DNA from: Botryllus schlosseri
Taxonomy: Eukaryota
DNA: 64,000 nt
Direction of reading: 5' to 3'
NCBI GenBank assembly: GCA_051294905.1
Contig: CM119371.1
Span: 10,170,001 to 10,234,000, forward strand
The notes below the pieces were generated by a model that was given only the letters and a program-made list of their open reading frames with translations, searched no databases and was not told the origin of the DNA. Both the position numbers and the translations under genes were made by a program. Positions 49,003 through 60,520 of this stretch are shown one piece after another. Position 1 is the first letter of the stretch; every line of letters starts with the position of its first letter.

Positions 49003-50573
49003 ATCAAAATGACGTTTGAAGTCCGACTTTCAAGTTCAAAGTGTTACGAACAAATTTTGAACAAATATTTTAAACTCTATTCAGCATAGCTCATGACAAT
49101 ATGTCCGTATCTGCCATGTATGTATATAGTGTAAAACTAATCAAAACAAAGTGTTTCATTAGATTGTATTGCAATTGCCATACAATATTGTACTACATAC
49201 AAAAATATCAACAGCACAAAAATTCCTGTTCTCATGATAGTTTCGACTAATTCGACAACTTCCTTTTTTTTCATTGTATCGCAATTTTGTGGTGAACCGA
49301 TAATAATTGCTAATAAACTCAACCGAACAACATTTCGCGTGAGTTCTTTGACAGCTTCAACGAATGCACAACGATAGCTACCTCTTTTACGTGTATTCAT
49401 CAGATAAGTATGACCGCAATGGATTAAAGAAGTCTCACAGATGAGCACCTTATATACGTAGGCTACGCCTATACAGCATGTTAGCGAGAGGCATGTAGTA
49501 AAACACGTTCAATGATCAAGACAAGCACTGGGCACAGAGAACGCAAAAGAATTTGGTGTGTACGACACGCACAGGTATCGTTGCAAAAATCCGTTTCGAC
49601 GGAGCGTTCGATTTGTGGTTGGTGCCCCCAATTTGCCGAATGGTTACGTGCAATGTTTCGCATCTGAATAGAACATTAATCCTAGTTATTCGAGTCAAGT
49701 AGTGAGAGACGATTTTTCTGTGGACTGTGACGAAGCATTCCTTTTCACAAAGAGTTATAGTTTTGATCTTATTTTCCACTAGGGAAGGTTGTGAATCTTG
49801 GTCGTGTCGCTGCATACGAAAAATGGAGTACAAAGCTACGCATTGAAATCGCTCAGACGTACTATAGAAGCCGTCATTCGTGAGACACACACCATTCCAA
49901 CTTTGTGTTTCTTAACCGAGAATCAACCGCATCACTTTTCTATGAAGTTTGCATTTGTACGGATGGGCTCAGATTGCAAGGACAGTGCTTTATTAAAATC
50001 GAAATTGCATAGTGACAACAGGCATCACACGCTAATATGAGTATGGGTAGACCGCCGCATAATTATAATTACGGTTTTACGGCTGCACGTTGCCGTACTT
50101 CCACAGGTTGGCCACCCCTGGCCAAATAGACCTAACAATAAGCAAGAGCATCTAACACAGTGGTTCTCAAACCCGACAATGAGACCCCCTGGTTACGCCG
50201 CTGCAATCATGTAGACTGCGGACTGTGCTATTTATAACCATATGGCAGGTGCCAATTCAAAATGTCTAAGCTATCGCGGCGGTTTCATCGAGAAACATTA
50301 TAGACAGCAGTTATCGCAAGCTGAACACATGTTAACTCCAACCTGTTCTACTCCAAGAGGAACCAATATGTCCTCTTACGACTACCAACGGTTAAATGAT
50401 GACGAGTAACATTTGCTGATGACATCCCAAAAGAACTGTAAACATTGTACGATATTGCACATACGGTCATACTGTTCTGAAGCATGAACCAGCATATTTA
50501 TTGAGATAGCTACGGTAGTTATAATGTAATGCGTATCTGGTACACCCCAGTACGATTGGCACATCCTTTGAAC

Positions 50574-51559
50574 CAGGAGTGGCCAACCTTTTCGGCCAAA
50601 AAGACACGTGAGATTTGCGAACCATTGCGTGGGCCACTTGAATGTTGATGAAATCTATTAGTCGTCCAATATGAGTGAACCGGATTAGGAAATAGTGTAA
50701 ACAATATTTTTCTTACTATACTCATCAACATCAATAACAACTAGGTCATGAAAACTCAGTGTGCGAGAGGCGCGAAAATTTTTCAAAGTTTATGAATAAA
50801 TTCGTTCAATAATATTGTTACTTGCATATATTACGTGTAGCCTCCGTATACCTCTGGGCTCATTTGGCAAAGAAAGAATTATTGACACTTGGACGTATCC
50901 CTATCGAAGATTTTGCAAACATGCATTTATCATTTTGTATAAAGGTTTCATCGCCGACGATCTTTTTGCGAGTGCAGACGCGAAGTCTGATGTTGGACGA
51001 CACGGTCTCTCATAGTTGGATACACAGCTAGACTCATTTCCGTAAATGTGGAGTATTTTTAATTTTTAGAAGGAGGTAGCAATACTAAAAGTAAGAAATC
51101 GAGTGACAATCAATCGATCGAAGTGCTTAGAACAATTTCAAGTCAAATAAATCTGCCACGCAATATTCTTCTCCATGGTCATATATGTAGATTTACGAAA
51201 AATATGGCGTTGCCAAAGCGTCGGAACTGATATTTTAGTCATCAACATCCTAAATTTCGTGGTCAGGTTAATCAAATTTCATCTTAAATTGAACTAATTA
51301 TAAGAATTACCTCGCGGGCACTGTTTATTTTAAGCTGCTCATGAGCGCGGCCGCGCACTGCTTTTGAAGTCGCCTCGCACAAGAAAGCCGAAGGGAAAGC
51401 CTTTTATTAGACGTTACCCACTGTTGCCTTAGGGACTGCGCAATGAGTTGGTGATGGCGCGCAGATTCATGAAAAATTAGAGGAAACATTGCTCGCGGGT
51501 CACTCAAAACCTTCTCGAGGGTCACATTTGGCCCTAGGGCCACGAGTTGGCCGTCCCTG
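50574..51559. mobile_element. hAT Charlie/Buster-type MITE
   Basis: caggagtggccaac..gttggccgtccctg; TSD ctttgaac/ctttaagc. Confidence 0.7.
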
Positions 51560-51639
51560 CTTTAAGCATTATGGTACCCCTACCATACCATACCATACAC
51601 CCGGTTGAAGAGCCCTGACATAGTTAGCTATTCAACTGT

Positions 51640-52250
51640 GTGATAATACAGGCTTATGAACAAGCCTAGGTCTCTTAGAATCAACTAGGTCTCTTACAAT
51701 TAAATCAAAAACATCAACATAAGTATTAGGAAACAGCTTGGTATTTTACCCTTTATAAACTTGACATACCCATACTAGAATATGCAAGACTTTGGGAAAC
51801 TTCAAATTTTCGCTAACTCATAAAAAAAAAAGTTCTACCACGTTACACGTCTAATCCGCTACTATCAAATACTTGTGCCTAAAATGAGCTGTGCGGTGTG
51901 CATCAACAACAGTGTTAGAAGGACAAAAACTATTACAACATGATTTTGACATACAGCAAATAGATGCTGATGAATATTTACTGCAAATCAGGTTGAATTC
52001 TGCTGTATGAGTCAGTTGCATGTCTTGACCTTCAGCCGATCAAGGTTTGGTTCTAGATTTGAAATTTCCCCACAAATACTCAAATTTATTTCAAATGGTG
52101 TTCATTCTGAGAGTCACCGCGTACATTTGGCTTTCATTAACACATGCTGCTTCATAACAGTGACATTATACAAAGTATACAGTTCTCAGTTCCAAAAGGC
52201 ATTACATGCATCTTGATTTCATAAGGAATTATCTACCGAGCTTAGGCTTA
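51640..52250 (+). mobile_element. Highly decayed CR1/L2-like LINE 3' fragment
   Basis: ccc ata cta gaa tat gca encodes PILEYA (~51770), the conserved post-RT motif of CR1/L2 ORF2. The remainder is too decayed to read. Confidence 0.4.
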
Positions 52251-53075
52251 GGCTTAAACTCCTGTGTATATTATGATCGTCCGCTGCTCCATTCGCCTCG
52301 CGAAACACAATGATCAAATCCCCGCATCCACTGTATGATTGGGGTTTATAGTTCCACTACTGTAAGGAATATTATATTCGTTATGGGCCAGCTTCAACCA
52401 ATTCATTAATGAATGGGGTGCTAGTACTACAGATTAGTGGAGAAAGAGTTGTTTATTATGCATGCTGTACCATGTACATTGTATGTCTTGTACAAAACCG
52501 ACTGCAAAGATTAATGCACTCTGTGTAATCCTCAATCCATTACGATTCGTTGCGGTCGGGGCAGTATACCTTCACCAGAAGTCACTAATAATTTTCAATT
52601 AGGACTATTTTTGTCTTACAATAATACGATCTGCCGAAGTGCAGTAAATCCATACATCTATTACACTTAATTCCAAGTTTATTGCACACCCCTTTCAACG
52701 GCATACGACATATCACCCTGTCTACATACTTGGTTACTTCAGCATTACCTTCCAGTTATCATATAGTCGAAATTACTTTAGTTGCAGTTGTCCGTAGGTT
52801 GTCATAGCCAGTGGAGAAAACCGCCGACTTGTACATGCTGACTCCATACGTGCCACTACGACTCCTCAGAGTCGGATGAAAAGTTTATGAATATATTTCT
52901 AGCGATTAACTTAACAAATATAACTAAACGTACATTAATTCTAAAATTTTGTAAATAGCTTTGTGGCCCACCTCAAAATGCTCTGTGGCCCACCAGTTGG
53001 CCATGGCCCACCCTTTGAGAACCCCTGGTCTAGTCAGACAACTAGAATTATCTAGTTGTCCAAGTGTGTTTTAGC

Positions 53076-53644
53076 CAGGGTTGTAACCAAGTCACAAGGT
53101 ACCGAGTCACATGTCAATCTCAGTTTTATAGTTTTGACTCGAGTCAAGTCGAGTCATTTTCAATTCACCACCGAGTCAAGCCCGAGTCAAATTCATCGAA
53201 AATAGGGTCGAGTCCGAGTCACGGTATTATGACTCGAGTCGAGTCCAAGTCATTGTGTTGACTGCTCAGATTCCTTTTAATGTCTTGTTAAACCGACCTT
53301 TTATAACTCTGTTTGGTGATATCGACTGGTTCGCATTTATAATATACTAATTTTCCTCACTTTTAGTAGTTTTGGTCGCAACCAGTACCAATAGACGAAA
53401 TCCCAATGGTGTCGTTACTTTACTATTCTTCGAAATTACAATGAAATGTCGGTCTTGGCGGTCTGCGTCTCGAGTCATATGACTTGGCTCGAGTCATGCA
53501 CAATGACTCGAGTCCAAGTCGAGCCAATACAGAAATTGACTCGAGTCGAGTCGAGTCATTTCAATATTTTGAGAAAATGACTCGAGTCAAGTCGAGTCAT
53601 CGAAAAATCGTGACTCGAGTCTTACTTGAGTCATTACAACCCTG
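53076..53644. mobile_element. hAT-type MITE, GACTCGAGTC family B
   Basis: cagggttgtaa..ttacaaccctg; perfect TSD gttttagc. Confidence 0.9.
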
Positions 53645-53709
53645 GTTTTAGCGCTGATAAGCAAGCAGTCACCCAAGTATAGGCCGACCTCATAAGTCGA
53701 GGTTAAGAC

Positions 53710-55213
53710 CAATGTTCCCTCTAATTTTTCACGAGTCTGCGTAAACACGTTAACTCACTGCGCAGGCCCTTGGACAATAGCGCGCACCAGCACCCCACAT
53801 AAGGTGATAAACCGAACTTCTGGGTGGCTGCGCCCCCCATACCCCCATCGGGATCTGCGCTTTTTGCCGATACATATCATCTACATCGGGGGCCGGTTTG
53901 GTGGTTGTGCCGCCTGAACGCGCGTGACGCCAAAATTTTATATGATTCATGATTGAATCGGTCAATATGATCGGCAATTGCATATATCTATTGCTATCCC
54001 TTTTTATCCTCTCTCTGCTCACATAATCAGATTTACCGGTAAGGCTGATCGAGTGCGGTATGTTAGAAAAGGTAGATCCTTAAAAATAATAATAAAACAT
54101 CTTCGGGCGCACCCGTTGGTACAATGACTTCGTTACATGATGCTATTTCGTGACCTCCTATCGGCTATGTCAAAAGACAATGAAATCGCTCAAACGTACT
54201 AAACTAAAACACGAACACGGTTTAAAATTGGTATTTCTCTACTGGCAAATAATGTTCCCTCGACATGGTATTTGTCTTGCTGTGGGACTCGGATCACCAG
54301 CACATGAACATTCAGCGCCAGCTATTTACGCGCCTATGGACAATTAAACTTAAATGTATGAATCGAAGTTTTCGGTCAGCATATAGGGCAGTCCTTTTCT
54401 GCCAAGGTTTTCTCGCTGCTGATCGATTTGGCGCACTTCTCGGAGTCGCAAGTCACATAGCCTATAACTCCATATGTCTTGGTGCGTCGTGGCAAGGTAA
54501 TGGCCGACGCCCAAGTGCCCATTTCTCTTAATCACGCGTATTTTTTGTTGTGGGAAGGGTACCCAATAATCAAGATATTTGACAAAATTAATTCAAAATA
54601 TTTTGAAATATTCCCAAAAAATACACCAGGATTTATGTTAATTCACGAAATAATTTTAGGCTCCCTTCGATCTCGGCCCCCTAATTGAGGGTTTGGGGTG
54701 CGGCAGTTACGGTCCTGAGGAAATCTTACGCAATATTCATGACACGCGGAGAAGACTATGCGCTAGTTTCTCGCAGATTAACTTCGAGCCAGCCCATTGT
54801 TATATATAACTTTGTTAAACCATGTTATTTCGCCATTACAAGAAAATAATGCGTTATTGAAATGATATCAGTATCGCTCACGCGTACGAGACCTTACTAA
54901 AAGAAAATATTTTTCGTTAGGCGCTCGTGATTGCAAAGTCTCATTTCATAATGGAGCGCAATATTTACATTTGCGGGCCGCACTTGTACATCGATCTAAG
55001 ACATCAGCGATAACACTATTTGCCCTTGGCAATGTTCCCTCTAATTTCTCACGAGTTTGCGCGCCTGCGTGGTCCCTTCCTTGGACAACAGTGCGCAACG
55101 ACTTTAGAAAAAAACATCACTTCGGATTTTTGTGCGCAACTTAGATTTTCTGTGCGCAGAGACCGCTTCAGCACTGCACATTTGCGCACGTCCGCAGCTT
55201 AGAGGGAACATTG
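53710..55213. mobile_element. Composite hAT-type element (TIR CAATGTTCCCTCTAA) containing part of the CAGGGCCGTAAC family
   Basis: caatgttccctctaa..ttagagggaacattg; perfect TSD gttaagac. A second left end lies at ~55030. ~53920-54718 matches 16590-17705. Confidence 0.82.
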
Positions 55214-55750
55214 GTTAAGACTCGCTGTGAATGTATTTGCATTTAAATTCAATATTGTTACAATAATGGTCTTGTCAGCATGAAAATTACCATCAAATTA
55301 GACAGATTCATAGTAAGGATCTGTTTGTATTTTGATAGAAATTCTGCTTACAGTTACAATAATAGCTGATTGTGTTACTTGCAACAAATCCAATCACCGG
55401 CATATGGCAGTAATATTAAAACTCTTGGTATCAGAGTGCGTATGATTACAGTATTTGAAACCAACATCTCTCATCACTGGACTTAAACCATTGCGATTGA
55501 TGTTCGATTAGGATACCACTACTCGAGTGATTGTGACCAAACGCACTTGCTACATTAACTAACTGCGAGAGCACACAATAGAACACAGCATCACATTTTC
55601 AGTGTAAAATAACATCACATGTTTCGAGTTCTAGTTCAAGCTGTAGGCTATGTTCGTAGGCGCCGCTATATTTTTCAAATGCGCAACCAGAACATGAACT
55701 GCTCACTATTTAAACTCATTAACTAGAACTACTTGAAAAACGGTATCTAG

Positions 55751-56761
55751 TAGGGATGGTGTGAACGCGAGGTTCACGTTCGCGTTCTGTGTGTGAACCT
55801 CGGAAATTTAGAGGTTCGCGTTCACAACAGAACCTTGGTAGGTTCTGCACTGTGAACCTTTTGGTAAATTGTAATTTTCACTCCATTATAACATCTTTGG
55901 CTCAAATTTATTGCATCTCAACTGCGGGCCAATCCATGCATGGTGCTGCCAGCATAAAAAATCAACGCTAAACGAGCATGCATCATGCACCTCGATAACC
56001 TTAAAAGTTTTACTTGCTTTGTTGCAAAAATTTTCTCGGAAAAACCAGCTTTCCGTTTGTGAATATTTAGTGACTCTCTGCTGTAAGCTTGACCCGCAAT
56101 CACACGACATCACGAGCGATATATACGTAGTCAGTGATAGATGCTTATTCATATTCAATTAATCAATGACATTGATATCGTCTTCTGATGTAAAAAATCG
56201 AACGGGCGTACGGAGTCAATCTTGACTTCATATATTTACTGTATCATTAAAACCAAATCCGTGCGATTAAGATGCTTGTTACTGCTGCATAACCTGTTGT
56301 TGTTGTTTGTGGTATCGGTATAGCGAGTATCGAAACCAGTTGTACACTCTGCTCAATATCAATGTTCAAATATCCAGACTCCGAACACATTGTCCGGTCT
56401 GGCTAAGACCGTTAAGGCGTAAGCTCATATTCCTTGGTAAGTTCCAGTCGAAATTGTTGGCAAAGCGACGGAATGTATTGATTTTATGCAATTATTATAT
56501 CCTTTGATTACCGCGGTTGATACATTTAGCGACGTTTAAAACACCAATATGTACTTCAGCAATGTGGCATTATGTGGACCGAGTCTTCGCTAGGTATCGT
56601 GTACTTTAATATAGGCTATCACTTCATTGGAAGATAGGGTTGGAATTTGCAATATGACATCACGTGACGTCACGAGGTTCACGTTCGTGTTCACACAGAA
56701 CCTTTCAAAAAGGTTCGCGTTCACACGAACCTGAACCTTTCAGAGGTTCACACCATCCCTA
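55751..56761. mobile_element. hAT-type MITE, TAGGGATGGTGTGAAC family (reverse orientation)
   Basis: Perfect TIR tagggatggtgtgaac..gttcacaccatcccta; perfect TSD gtatctag. Confidence 0.92.
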
Positions 56762-57948
56762 GTATCTAGTTGTTGTTGATCATCAACTAACTACATCACT
56801 AGTTTGTATAAGTCTGTTCTCTCTTCAGGTATGCATGGAACAAAATCTGAGGTCGTGGCGAACTCTACAAATTAGCAATCATAGTAAGGCGTTAGTCGTT
56901 ACAACATGAAGATGTCATAGACGCGATTCTAGAATCCTGACAGCTTGAATCATACAAGGCATTATTATTCCAATATAAAACATACCACATACTAAGCTAT
57001 CTAGATAAGCCTGACTAGTTCTGACCGAGAATGTCCCATAATACTCACCTACCAATATAAGTGCTACTGGTATTACTGCGCGCGCGCTTTCGTATCGCAT
57101 CCGGAAGTGCCGCATATCAAGTTAACAATCCGGCACGAACTACAGAAACACCTCCAAAACGCCCATGGGCTACATAATACAGCACTGGAAGGAATACGAG
57201 CGCTCTCTCAGGGGTAGGAAACATGATTTTCAAAGGCACGGAAGTGTGGAAAATTTATGACTGAACTGTCACTAGGCGAGGTAGATATGTCAGAACGAGG
57301 CCCGGTAAATTTGAGACCTGACTAGTATTTATTTAGTCAAAATTACTTGTGTTTCGACCTGAATGTAGACAATGGGCCTGGACGGACATACTTGACGACT
57401 GTCGCATAGCCGGCGAGATCCTGCTCCAAAAATCAGGTCCGGCATAGCTGATGGAGCGATGATCTTTTTTGTCCACCATATGTTGAACGACGTGGACGCG
57501 CGTGTATGGTATTTATGCACTTTCGATACCGAGGTTTTTTACCGAAGTTTTCGGGGCAGTGGCCGCAGTGGAATTGATAGCCCTGCATGGTCTTGGCAAC
57601 TTCTAGTCTCCGCACATCTGTTATGTTTAGGACACCGAATCTTTTGAGCAGCCGTTGTAAAAACTATTCACAGCTCAACTGTACAGTACATATTTTTCGG
57701 AAAAGTAATTAAATTCGGATTTTTTCGGATTTTGGACGGCATTATTCGGATTCGCATCGGTTTCAGTTGAGATTTTCCGGATTTGGATGGATAGTTCCTC
57801 AGAGCATGGAAAACTGAAGAGACTCAAGCTGTCGGACGGATTCGCATTCTAAGAAATCAATATCAGCTCATCACTTGATGAAGACATAGCGACACCTTAC
57901 GGTCGTGCGTCGCCTTCAAAGCATATTTTTGATTTGTGTAGAAATCAG

Positions 57949-57979
<31 letters not shown>

Positions 57980-58334
57980 TCTCACCGAAACCGTCGATAT
58001 TGATATGTCTAGGCCAAATGAGCCCATTGCTATACAGAGGCGACCCCCAATATATGCAAGTAATATATTTATTAATCGACCATGGCATGACTGCATACTG
58101 CACAGTGCACTGCACATATTGTACAGTTGTGCACAGAGTTTTCAAGACATAATTGTTATCAAATTTAAAGCGTAGTTATGTAAGTCTTGTTTTCAATTTC
58201 ACCTAATTCAGTTCGTTTCTATCGGGCGACTAAAAAAAGGTTTTCGACATTCAAGTTGCCCGCGCAATGGTTCGTAAATGTCATGTGGCCTTTTGGACAA
58301 AAAGGTTGGCCACCCCTGGAATGGATAAAATTCT

Positions 58335-58493
58335 ACACTATTTGTAAATTACAATTCAGTTGCATAGAGGAAGAAAGAAGCAATATGCATATTCGCGATG
58401 CAGTCACAAATTGGACACTATTTGTAAATTACAATTCAGTTGCATAGAGGAAGAAAGAAGCAATATGCATCTTCGCGATGCAGTCACAAATTG
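58335..58493 (+). repeat. 80-bp near-perfect tandem duplication
   Basis: acactatttgtaaattacaattcagttgcatagaggaagaaagaagcaatatgcat.ttcgcgatgcagtcacaaattg occurs twice. Confidence 0.9.
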
Positions 58494-58808
58494 ACGCATT
58501 TTTTGGAATTACACCACGATATTGTGACAGAGAAAACATATCATATAGTTCAGCGGGTCCGCGAAGCATTCTCAGTTGGTCCGCGAAGCCTATAACATTA
58601 CATAGTTGATAACGTAATTTATATATTTTTGATTAGGAGCATCAGGAGGCAGTTTCGCTTAATTACTAGTAACACTCCAAACCTCACATCAACAGAATGG
58701 CCGCCTGAGATGAAATATCCTGCTGTGCAGACTCATTTTAATTGCAAAATTGCCAATAGCCTACTGATACATATATTTTGCTGTTTAGAGATGTTTTGTA
58801 GGGGATTG

Positions 58809-59742
58809 CAGTGTTGGGATCAAGTCACTACCTTCGAGTCACGAGTCATTTCGAGTCAATGCACATTTTGACTCGAGTCAAGTCAAGTCAATCGATTTTC
58901 AAAGGTGACTCGAGTCAAGTCAAGTCACTCGATATTTGGAGGTGACTCGAGTCAAGTCGAGTCAAGTCAAGTCAAGTCACGAGTCAAGTCACAATTCAAG
59001 TCAAGTTGTCTTTTCGAAGTATATGAGGCATGGTAACATCATTGCATTTTGCTGCCTGTCTGAAATACAGATTAAGTGGTCATTGATTTAGAACCGATGA
59101 ACGAATATAGTGTTAAATATACACGCAAGAAGGCGCTCTATCGCTCACGTATACTTAGAACTGCTAAACCTCAGTTTATAGTTACCAGCCAAAAAAAGAA
59201 TTGATACGAATTGAGAAGATGCAATACAGCACGCATTTACAAATCGATAGGATACAATTCGAGCCCGCGCCAATGGTTGAGGACTGTATAAACTATATTC
59301 GAATTCAGTTTCAATAAAACAAGAGGTTTGGTTAAGGTAAAAACAGAGAACAGAAATTACTTTACTATACTAGTTTACGACAACGTAAGCTGTAAGCTTC
59401 GATCACTTCGTTTGCGTTCAATTTGTTTGTGAGAGAACAATGGAGGCTCAGATAAACGCACGATCGTTAAATGATTGGTCGCTGTCACGGGTTACACCAG
59501 CGTTTCGCTAACAATCCTAACATATGCAAATACAATGATTTTGATCGACACCGATTACTTGATGACTTGAAATTGACTCGCGAATTTTGCTCCGAGTCAC
59601 GAGTCAATCCACATTTCTGATACGCCGAGTCAAGTCAAGTCAAGTCATTTTAGCAAAGTGACTCGAGTCAAGTCAAGTCATACCAAAAAGGTGACTCAAG
59701 TCTGACTCGAGTCAAGTCATGACTCGAGTCATCCCAACACTG
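58809..59742. mobile_element. hAT-type MITE, GACTCGAGTC family A (reverse orientation)
   Basis: cagtgttgggat..atcccaacactg; perfect TSD ggggattg. Confidence 0.92.
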
Positions 59743-60520
59743 GGGGATTGTCGAAAAAATAAAAAAGTTTAATTAGCAAGATCAATCACGGTGACATAGC
59801 CTTTCTCCCCATTAACATCAAGATGAGCTACTAGAAAGAAATGACCTATTAACCAGGTTTGACGTTTATACTATGTTCAATTTTGGGGCCATATTTGTTG
59901 CGATCATACCCAAATGTGCCGTCGGAAACGTTACACGTTATTATTATTATTATATTCAACACCACCTATCTTTGTGGAATTGGCACTCGTTCATATCGAA
60001 CCGAAGGCGCGGATTTTCAAGACACGAACACGTATTTCAAGAAATGCAGTTGCAGAATTCGCTTTGAAATAATAAAGGTTGACCCGATTTTTACATAAAT
60101 ATGATATACTTTTAGGAAAAGTCATTTTGTTGCTGTTTATCACTAGCCGAGAGTTATCATTTGTTGCACGATAATTGAGCTAAATTTGAACTAAAACTTC
60201 GGGGGTCCGCAGGGGTCCGTGACAGTCCAAAAGGGGTCCGCGAAGACAAAAAGGTTGAGAACCATTGGTCTAGTTGTAAAATAGATATAAATATAACTAA
60301 ACGCTCCTTCCCACTTGACAAAATTAAAAATATGTGTAGTGTATCTTAGCTGTTTGGCTCGAACAAGTGATTAGGAAAGACTGCAAGTCCTAGTCCTTGA
60401 ATACTTGACTAAGTGCATGTAGACTAGACGTATGTTAGTTAACTACTTCCTAAATTTCGTTTATGGCCAATGTCTATTAGTAGTGACAGTATGTGAGCTT
60501 GTCATCAGTACAGTGTGTAA

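Noticed and set aside
52241..52258. TTAGGC telomere-like repeat
   Set aside because: Only about two units; more likely the tail of a decayed LINE.
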